A stretch of 32,000 nt of DNA from Candidatus Saccharimonadota bacterium (GTDB taxonomy: Archaea; Micrarchaeota; Micrarchaeia; Micrarchaeales; Micrarchaeaceae), in contig OY970071.1 of NCBI GenBank assembly GCA_963705375.1, positions 630,001 through 662,000 on the forward strand, given 5' to 3'. The stretch's first letter is position 1. Each line of letters opens with the position of its first letter. Below, in pieces: positions 22,586 to 28,924 of the stretch. The notes under the pieces were generated by a model. The model saw nothing but the letters and a program-made list of their open reading frames with translations, searched no databases and was not told the origin of the DNA. Position numbers and translations under genes: made by a program.

Positions 22586-23038
22586 TCAAGCCTTAGGTGC
22601 TGCTGCGGCCTTCGGCGCTTGCTCCTTTGCAGGCTTCGGTGCATCCTTTGGTGCAGATTTGGCCTGTTCCTTTGGAGCGATGCCAGACACTCTTGATACT
22701 ATGTCCTTTATTTGCTGCGAAGCCTTGCCTGCGTTTTCCACAGCGATGGCTGCGCACGAAATGTTCATGCCTATGGCCTTGCCAAGGTCTGTCTTGCTCG
22801 GCACGTAGGAATAAGCGATCTTCTTCTGTTCGCAGAGAACAGGCAGGTGTACGACGACCTCTTCAGGGTCGACATCTGCAGCTATGACAACAAAGGAGGC
22901 GAGTCCGCGCTCTATGCTCTTTGTCACTTCATTAGCACCCTTTCTGAGAGTGCCTGACTGCTTTGCTAGTTGCAACGCCTCGTAGGTCATTGACGCTACT
23001 TCGTTGGATACCTCGAATTTGACATAAGATTTTGGCAT
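22586..23038 (-). CDS. rpl7ae: 50S ribosomal protein L7Ae with A/K/P-rich C-terminal extension
   Basis: YVKFEVSNEV...LRKGANEVTKSIERGLASFVVIAADVDPEEVVVHLPVLCEQKKIAYSYVPSKTDLGKA is the canonical L7Ae core. The start is taken at ATG 23038 (MPKSYVKF); the track start at ATG 23062 is the alternative. The last ~35 aa read APKEQAKSAPKDAPKPAKEQAPKAAAAPKA. Confidence 0.9.
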   Translation of the reverse strand: MPKSYVKFEVSNEVASMTYEALQLAKQSGTLRKGANEVTKSIERGLASFVVIAADVDPEEVVVHLPVLCEQKKIAYSYVPSKTDLGKAIGMNISCAAIAVENAGKASQQIKDIVSRVSGIAPKEQAKSAPKDAPKPAKEQAPKAAAAPKA

Positions 23039-23170
23039 AATAACACCGTCGGATTGCTTCATCCAGTATTATCGTATCGCAAAACGAGAATGAAAGCTAT
23101 CTCGCAGTATGTAGTATGTTATATGGTGCAAAAGCTATAAAGCCTTTCGGCATGACCTGATTAAGAGGAA

Positions 23171-25369
23171 TCAGTCCATGTACAGCTCTGGAGCAGGCAC
23201 TTCTGTCGGCTGGCCCTTCCTCTGGCGTATCTCTTTCACTATCTTGTTCTGCAGCTCCGTCGGCAAGCGCTCGTAGCCTGAGAAGTCATAGTACCATATC
23301 GCCCTTCCCTGTGTCATGCTTCTTAGTTCTCTTGAGAAGCCCTTTATGACTTCGGAAACTGGCAGCTTTACGGTTACAGAAGCAATGTCGCGCTCCTGCT
23401 CTACACCCTGCATCTGTCCGCGCTTGTTCTGAACGAAAGATATCACATCGCTAAGATACTCCTGGGGTATGTTTATCGTGAAGACTTGTTTTGGCTCCAT
23501 CAGAACGACGCCGGCATAGAGCATACCGGCCCATATCGGACGCCTTATTGCAGGCATTATCTGTGCTGGACCTCTGTGGACAGGGTCCTCGTGTATGGTC
23601 GCATCTGTTATCGTTGCCATCACGCCGCTGCACTTCTCCCTCGCCATGGGGCCTGTTGCAACTGCTTCTATGAAGCCGTCGACCAGAGTTTCCTCTACTT
23701 CATTCATGTACTGAACGCCGTGCGTCTGATCGACAAGGATGCAGTTGTTAGAAACATACATCACACCTTTTGCCACGTCACGCTGAAGCCCTGCGGCAAT
23801 CATAGCTTCTACGGCAGCCTTGCCCTTCGGCTTGCCGTCGCGTATAAGACCGCTGTCCATGGCTTTGAAAACTGTTTCGCTTACAGGCTCAACCGTGACA
23901 TAGAACTTTGAGTGCCTGTTCGGGGTCTTTCCTTCTATAGGGCCTATCTTCTTTTCTATTGTTTCAAGATAAACCACAATAGGTTCGCTCGTAGTTATCT
24001 GCACTCCGAAATCATCCCTGAGCTTAGTCTCCACTATCTCAAGGTGGAGTTCGCCCATTCCACTCACGAGATGCTCTCCTGTGTCTTGGTTTATCTCGAC
24101 TTTTATAGTCGGGTCACCCTTGGAGAGCATGCGCAAAGCCTCTATAAGCTTGGTCGTATCTCTGGAATCTTTTGGCTCTATCGCCTTTGTGACCACGGGT
24201 TTTGAGTAGTGCACTATCTGCATGAAAGGCTCTATCTGCGTCTCGCTTAGCGTTGTACCGACAGAGATGTCCTTGAGACCCACCACAGCTGCAATGTTGC
24301 CCGCAGGCACGGCATCGACCATGACCTTGTCGTGACCCATGTAGACTCCGACCTGCTGCACCTTCTGAGTGTCACTTTTTCCCGATATGTGGAATTCGAC
24401 TCCCTTCTTGACAATACCTGAGAATACCCTGCCTACTGCAACTTCGCCACTGTGCTGATCATACATCATATGGAATATTACCATGTTCGTGCCGGCCTTC
24501 GAATCGCACGCGAGCATCGCCTTGCCTTCCGTGCTAGTAAGATCTCCACCCCATATCTGAGGTATCCTGTATTTCTGGGCCTCCATCGGAGAAGGCAGAT
24601 GGTCTATGATCATGGCAAGAGTCGCTTCATCTATAGGAGCAAGCTCCTGAAGCTTCTTGAGCCCTTCATCGCCTTTCATCGTAAGCTCAAAAATCTGCTT
24701 GAACGTTATCTTGTACTTGTCCATTATGTATTTGGAGATCGCCCACTTGTCATAAGCAGAACCAAAGCAAACGCTGCCTTTCTCTACGCTCACGTTCCAC
24801 TTGCCGACAAACTCTTCAGCAGCATACCTGTCGATCAGCTTGTTGACTTCGTTTATCAAATTCAGCAGACGTTCGAAGGTTTGCTCAGGCGTAAGCCTTA
24901 GCTCATTGAGAAGCCTGTCGACCTTGTTTACGAAAAGGACCGGCTTTGCCTTCTCCTTCATGGCCTGTCTGACCACCGTTTCGGTCTGAGGCATGATCCC
25001 TTCGACGGGATCGACTACGAGCACGACGCCGTCAACGGCGCGCATCGACCTTGTGACGTGGCCTCCGAAGTCAACGTGACCAGGAGTGTCTATGAGGTTG
25101 ATTATGTAGTCCTTGCCCTTGTATTCGAATCCGAGAGATATGTTAGCAGATTTTATAGTCAATCTACGGTCCTTCTCTATGGCTTCGTAGTTTGTGTAGA
25201 GCACATCTCCGGCCACAGTCTTTGATATCAGACCCGCCCTTACAAGCAGCGAATCCGTAAGCGTGGTCTTGCCATGGTGAACGTGAGCAATTATCGCCAT
25301 GTTACGTATGGCGCTAAGGTCGCTCATCAATGAAGTTATCTCCTCTACGATGTACTCTTTTCTTGCCAT
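23171..25369 (-). CDS. fusA: translation elongation factor 2 (aEF-2)
   Basis: 732 aa. G domain motifs are AHVHHGKTTLTD, DTPGHVDF and NKVDR. The diphthamide context is IHEDPVHRGPAQ. Confidence 0.97.
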   Translation of the reverse strand: MARKEYIVEEITSLMSDLSAIRNMAIIAHVHHGKTTLTDSLLVRAGLISKTVAGDVLYTNYEAIEKDRRLTIKSANISLGFEYKGKDYIINLIDTPGHVDFGGHVTRSMRAVDGVVLVVDPVEGIMPQTETVVRQAMKEKAKPVLFVNKVDRLLNELRLTPEQTFERLLNLINEVNKLIDRYAAEEFVGKWNVSVEKGSVCFGSAYDKWAISKYIMDKYKITFKQIFELTMKGDEGLKKLQELAPIDEATLAMIIDHLPSPMEAQKYRIPQIWGGDLTSTEGKAMLACDSKAGTNMVIFHMMYDQHSGEVAVGRVFSGIVKKGVEFHISGKSDTQKVQQVGVYMGHDKVMVDAVPAGNIAAVVGLKDISVGTTLSETQIEPFMQIVHYSKPVVTKAIEPKDSRDTTKLIEALRMLSKGDPTIKVEINQDTGEHLVSGMGELHLEIVETKLRDDFGVQITTSEPIVVYLETIEKKIGPIEGKTPNRHSKFYVTVEPVSETVFKAMDSGLIRDGKPKGKAAVEAMIAAGLQRDVAKGVMYVSNNCILVDQTHGVQYMNEVEETLVDGFIEAVATGPMAREKCSGVMATITDATIHEDPVHRGPAQIMPAIRRPIWAGMLYAGVVLMEPKQVFTINIPQEYLSDVISFVQNKRGQMQGVEQERDIASVTVKLPVSEVIKGFSRELRSMTQGRAIWYYDFSGYERLPTELQNKIVKEIRQRKGQPTEVPAPELYMD

Positions 25370-25379
25370 AGAATCAGCC

Positions 25380-26141
25380 TTACTTGGCGCTGCGAGCCAT
25401 ACGCTCTATCTCGTTCTTGCGCTTGAGTGCGAAGCTGTTTATGTCTGCGTTTGCAGCCAGCATGAGCTCGTTTGCAAGCGCCTCGGCAATATTGCGCTTG
25501 TTGCCGAACGCGCCTATGATAGTTGCGTGGGCAACGTTTCTAAGTGCGATGTCGAGCCTTCTGCTGGCGCTTATGTCAACTGCGACATTTGAGGTTATCC
25601 CGCCGTATACGACGTGCGTTGTGTCCTCGATCGGCGCACTGTTTTCAAGCGCCCTAATGAAAACCTGGACAGGGTTTTGACCAGTCTTTGCGTTGATTAT
25701 ATCGAACGCTTCTTCGATGATCTTTATGACCTTCAGTTTCTTGCCCTGGAGTCTGCCCTTGGTACGTATGACATGGCCGCCAACCTTGCTGCCCGTGCCT
25801 CCGCGCATGAGCGAATTCTCCAATCGCTCAATAATACCGGCATTCGCCTTGGAGAAGGGGTTCTGGCTTAAGCGCCTGCATGCAAGAGGATATTCTGCCT
25901 GCTTAAGGTTTATGTAATTCTTAAGGCTCAGGTCTGCGACCTCGACATCGTAACTGTACTTTTCGAAAAGCATGTGCTTTGTGGGCATGCCTTCCACGAC
26001 AGCAGTGGTGCTCGGTTTTGCTTGCCTTTTCGCTTTTGCCTTTGGAGCTGCATTTGCCGAGGCCTTTGCGTCTTGCTGCGCAGCATCTGCCTGCGCAGCC
26101 TGTGCCGGCGCAGCCACTTGAATCAATTGTTCTTCAGCCAC
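25380..26141 (-). CDS. rps7: 30S ribosomal protein S7 (long form with A/Q/K-rich N-terminal extension)
   Basis: The S7 core runs from LFEKYSYDVEVADLSLKNYINL to the C-terminus. ATG 26141 lies 4 nt after the S12 stop. An internal ATG at about 25988 (MPTKHMLFEK) would give a conventional length. Confidence 0.85.
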   Translation of the reverse strand: MAEEQLIQVAAPAQAAQADAAQQDAKASANAAPKAKAKRQAKPSTTAVVEGMPTKHMLFEKYSYDVEVADLSLKNYINLKQAEYPLACRRLSQNPFSKANAGIIERLENSLMRGGTGSKVGGHVIRTKGRLQGKKLKVIKIIEEAFDIINAKTGQNPVQVFIRALENSAPIEDTTHVVYGGITSNVAVDISASRRLDIALRNVAHATIIGAFGNKRNIAEALANELMLAANADINSFALKRKNEIERMARSAK

Positions 26142-26145
26142 ATGA

Positions 26146-26574
26146 TCATCTCTTCGGCTTCTCCTTCTTGCCAGACCTTACCAGCCAGAGGTTCACGCCG
26201 TTGACTTCTGCCACTTTGTACTTAAGCCCGGGTATTGCTCCGAGCTGGCCTCTCTGCGAGCCTCCAAGGCCCTCTATAGTGACCTCGTCGTGCTCGTCTA
26301 TGAAGTTTATAGATCCGTCGTAAGGGACAAAAGCGCCAACCACTTTGTTGTTCTTTATGAGCTGCACCTTTACGCACTTTATTTTGCCAGAGTTTGGTTG
26401 CTTCTGGTCCAGTATGAACTTCTGCAGAACTAGGGCCTTTGCGCGCGGATTCATGCCCAATGCGTCGTACTTCTGCTTAAGCCTGAACACCTTTCGCTTG
26501 TACCATTTCTTGAGCAGGCGCTGGTGCCTGCGCTGCCTCAAAAGTTTCCTTGCCGCAAATTCTCCATTAGCCAT
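26146..26574 (-). CDS. rps12: 30S ribosomal protein S12
   Basis: 142 aa with PNSG..KCVKVQL.KN.K.V.AF.P.DG..NFIDEHDEV.IEG.GG and a GKKEKPKR C-terminus. This is a divergent archaeal S12 pattern. Confidence 0.93.
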   Translation of the reverse strand: MANGEFAARKLLRQRRHQRLLKKWYKRKVFRLKQKYDALGMNPRAKALVLQKFILDQKQPNSGKIKCVKVQLIKNNKVVGAFVPYDGSINFIDEHDEVTIEGLGGSQRGQLGAIPGLKYKVAEVNGVNLWLVRSGKKEKPKR

Positions 26575-26578
26575 GTAA

Positions 26579-26878
26579 TCAATAACTCTCGTTAAGTATG
26601 TTCGAGTTGCCCGGCGATATCACCGAAAGAGCCGCTACAGAATACGGCTTTCCGCACACAGCGCCGAGTTCGACTGAAGTGCCTTTGAATTGCAACATCC
26701 TCATTCCTGAAAGCTTGCAAAGGTGCACAAGGTCCTGGAGGAACTCAGGCTTGTTCGGAACGGCCACGACCACCACCTTGGCGGTGTTGGATCTTATCGA
26801 CGCCTTGACGCCGTTGATTCCGAGGCGCGCCTCTCCGCTGTCTACAGCTAAGCGTATATCATTGGACAAATCTGCCAT
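26579..26878 (-). CDS. rpl30e: 50S ribosomal protein L30e
   Basis: The last 99 aa of track ORF 26579..27148 are the L30e fold pattern: MADLSNDIRLAVDSGEARLGINGVKASIRSNTAKVVVVAVPNKPEFLQDLVHLCKLSGMRMLQFKGTSVELGAVCGKPYSVAALSVISPG. The 90 upstream codons have no homology and overlap the opposite-strand pilin-like gene. Confidence 0.85.
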   Translation of the reverse strand: MADLSNDIRLAVDSGEARLGINGVKASIRSNTAKVVVVAVPNKPEFLQDLVHLCKLSGMRMLQFKGTSVELGAVCGKPYSVAALSVISPGNSNILNESY

Positions 26879-26914
26879 GAAATCAGCACCGAAAAAGTAT
26901 AGGTATTGTCTTAG

Positions 26915-26928
26915 CAAAATATATAAGT
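26915..26928. promoter_or_regulatory. A/T box (aaaatatataag) between L30e and the pilin-like gene, probably bidirectional
   Basis: It is the only strong TATA-like element in the gap. It lies about 30 nt from ATG 26957 (+) and about 40 nt from ATG 26878 (-). Coordinates are accurate to about 1-2 nt. Confidence 0.4.
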
Positions 26929-26956
26929 GTTCGTCTAGCATATGCTCTCGAATCAT

Positions 26957-27490
26957 ATGCCCATACTGAGGAGACTGGCAGTGCTGGCCAGCAAAAGTGG
27001 AGGGCAAAAGGACAAAGCCCAGTCGGCTACCGAATACCTTGTAACTTATGGCTGGGCCATCCTGATACTGTCTGTGGTTCTTGTTTCGTTGTTCGTGCTC
27101 AACCTGTTCAATCCCGCCACGTTTGCACCAAACTACTGCGTATTCCAAGCCTCAGTGGGCTGCCAGGTAGAATTCCTAGACCACGCCAGCGGCGATCTGA
27201 ATGTAACCATAGGGCAGGCGCTTCAAACGCCGATAAATGTCACTGCACTGGGCTGCAACGACCAAGGCACAATCACAAACATGATATACTATACACCAAC
27301 GAGCAACAACATTTACATGGATATAGGCAGCAATTATACATTCTCGACAATACCGTGCTATCAGAACGGCGCGGTGGTTTCCGGAGCTGTAGGAACGCTA
27401 TATACAGGATATATTGTTATGCAGTACACCAACCTGCAGACAGGCCTACAGCATACCGCAATAGCAAAGATTTCGCAGAAGCTGACATGA
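26957..27490 (+). CDS. archaeal type IV pilin-like protein with class III signal peptide
   Basis: The N-terminus is MPILRRLAVLASKSGGQKDKA / QSATEYLVTYGWAILILSVVLVSLFVL. This gives a K-A then Q prepilin-peptidase-type site, the QxxxEYL class III motif and a hydrophobic helix. A four-Cys, sequon-bearing globular part follows. The start is chosen from TATA spacing; the alternatives are 26942 and GTG 26981. Confidence 0.65.
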   Translation: MPILRRLAVLASKSGGQKDKAQSATEYLVTYGWAILILSVVLVSLFVLNLFNPATFAPNYCVFQASVGCQVEFLDHASGDLNVTIGQALQTPINVTALGCNDQGTITNMIYYTPTSNNIYMDIGSNYTFSTIPCYQNGAVVSGAVGTLYTGYIVMQYTNLQTGLQHTAIAKISQKLT

Positions 27491-27511
27491 CGATTAAGCA
27501 TTGGTGTGTAA

Positions 27512-28147
27512 ATGAGAAAGGCAGACATTGCAACCGCGTTCAGGATCATAGCCGTGCCTGTGATAGTCTATACTGTGCTGCTGAAGACAAACCCCATAAT
27601 TCCTGTGGCATTGTTCATTGCGGCGCTAGTGTCAGACGGCATTGATGGCTTCTTCGCCTTGAGCGAGATAAGCAACGGAAAGATAGGCTTCGGCACATAT
27701 GTCAGGTACGCGTGCGGAGACGAAGCAGCATCAAGGATGGTCGCGAGCTACAAGCCAAAAATAGAGAAGACGGCAAAATACGGGCCGAGAATGGATATCG
27801 CTGGTGACCGCATGGTGGAGTACTCGCTCTGGATGCTTTTCGTTTACACTAGGACCATTCCATTCTTTGTGATACTGTTGATACTCACCGTGCACTCTGT
27901 GGCAGACGCGCTCATGGGCGGCAGGGGCACATCGTCAAAGATCAGGACACGCATAGCCAAGATAGTGTACACGTCAAAATGGAGCAGGCTTGTCGCGAAC
28001 GTGCTCAAGGCGCTGACGTTCTCATACCTGATGTTCGCGTACATATCCGGCTGGAGCCTTGCGATCGGTTATGTGCTTACAGCTTTGCTTGCAGGGTTCG
28101 TGACCTTGCGTGGCACCGCGGAAATCTATGAGTGCTTACAACCCTGA
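27512..28147 (+). CDS. CDP-alcohol phosphatidyltransferase family protein (atypical, interrupted signature)
   Basis: 211 aa, polytopic. It carries SDGIDGFFAL ... GPRMDIAGDRMVE, which matches D-G-x2-A ... G-x3-D-x3-D. There are about 41 residues where 8-9 are normal, and Leu replaces the usual Arg. Confidence 0.7.
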   Translation: MRKADIATAFRIIAVPVIVYTVLLKTNPIIPVALFIAALVSDGIDGFFALSEISNGKIGFGTYVRYACGDEAASRMVASYKPKIEKTAKYGPRMDIAGDRMVEYSLWMLFVYTRTIPFFVILLILTVHSVADALMGGRGTSSKIRTRIAKIVYTSKWSRLVANVLKALTFSYLMFAYISGWSLAIGYVLTALLAGFVTLRGTAEIYECLQP

Positions 28148-28819
28148 CTATTTCCGCAATAGCTTTCGGTGCGGTGTCGCTCTGCCGGCACGCTCATGCG
28201 GCCAGTCTTCGATGAAAGGAACGTTGTACGCATAGATCAGGGACACATCAAGAAGGATGTACCGTTCCTGTGTTTCGCAGAAGCTGCGGTAAACAATTCC
28301 TATATGCTCAAAAGGGGATCGCACCAAATAGCGAGCAGTGGAATCCGAGGCAGAACTTGCTATGTCAATCGGCATGCCCGTATTTCCGTCCTGTAAATAC
28401 CAGCCGTTTTCCGTTGGAAAGGAAAGAGCATAGGAGGCCTTGCCTTCAAGAATCCACTTTCCAAACTCCAGTTTCCCACTAGGGCACGTTATTGAAATTG
28501 TAGAATTGTCCAGGACAAGCGCAACATCCTTCATGTTCTGATAATCTTTTGGAACTTTAAAGCACCCAGATCCGGATTTGACGGTCTCGCCAAACACCTC
28601 GTTTGGGCCCTTGTACACCACTATAGTACTAGTAGCACACGGATTAGACCAATGGTAATCAAAGGGAATGCTGCCGCGGAGGATTGCGTCGACCAGACGG
28701 TTGTCTGCGATGTCATTCTTGTTATTAGCCAAGTGGAATAAAATATCGAAGCCCGAGACCTTTTCTTCTATTCTTATACGTGGCGGCGCGTACGATATGC
28801 CCTTAGTCCTGTTCATCAT
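28148..28819 (-). CDS. hypothetical protein (223 aa)
   Basis: Track ORF 28148..28840 starts at a TTG. ATG-ATG at 28819 lies 26 nt downstream of TATA tatattatattt. No family recognised. Confidence 0.5.
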   Translation of the reverse strand: MMNRTKGISYAPPRIRIEEKVSGFDILFHLANNKNDIADNRLVDAILRGSIPFDYHWSNPCATSTIVVYKGPNEVFGETVKSGSGCFKVPKDYQNMKDVALVLDNSTISITCPSGKLEFGKWILEGKASYALSFPTENGWYLQDGNTGMPIDIASSASDSTARYLVRSPFEHIGIVYRSFCETQERYILLDVSLIYAYNVPFIEDWPHERAGRATPHRKLLRK

Positions 28820-28924
28820 TTTATCACAGCAGTATCGCAAATTTCCAAATATAATATACTTGCCCCTTCAAAGGAAAGGTATAAGAACATTAATTTGTGC
28901 AAATGAAAAGAAATATGTGAGTCT

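Noticed and set aside
23063-23170. Intergenic region upstream of L7Ae, examined for a K-turn autoregulatory element or an sRNA.
   Set aside because: I could not identify tandem sheared G-A motifs flanked by helices with any confidence by eye. Only candidate TATA boxes are visible.
26815-26945. An apparent 1-nt frame inconsistency between my hand count of the printed sequence and the ORF track inside L30e, which looked like a possible frameshift.
   Set aside because: Both track ORFs across the spot (26579..27148 on the minus strand and 26598..26969 on the plus strand) read through cleanly, and the flanking coordinates re-synchronise. I attribute it to my own counting or reading error, not to biology. 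Coordinates I derived by hand near here may be off by 1 nt.
26879-27148. A 90-codon N-terminal extension of the L30e ORF (track ORF 26579..27148).
   Set aside because: L30e homology starts exactly at the internal Met (MADLSNDIRL). The extension has an odd composition (MEYAVVWCKRGG..) and lies antisense to the pilin-like gene and across the shared promoter region.
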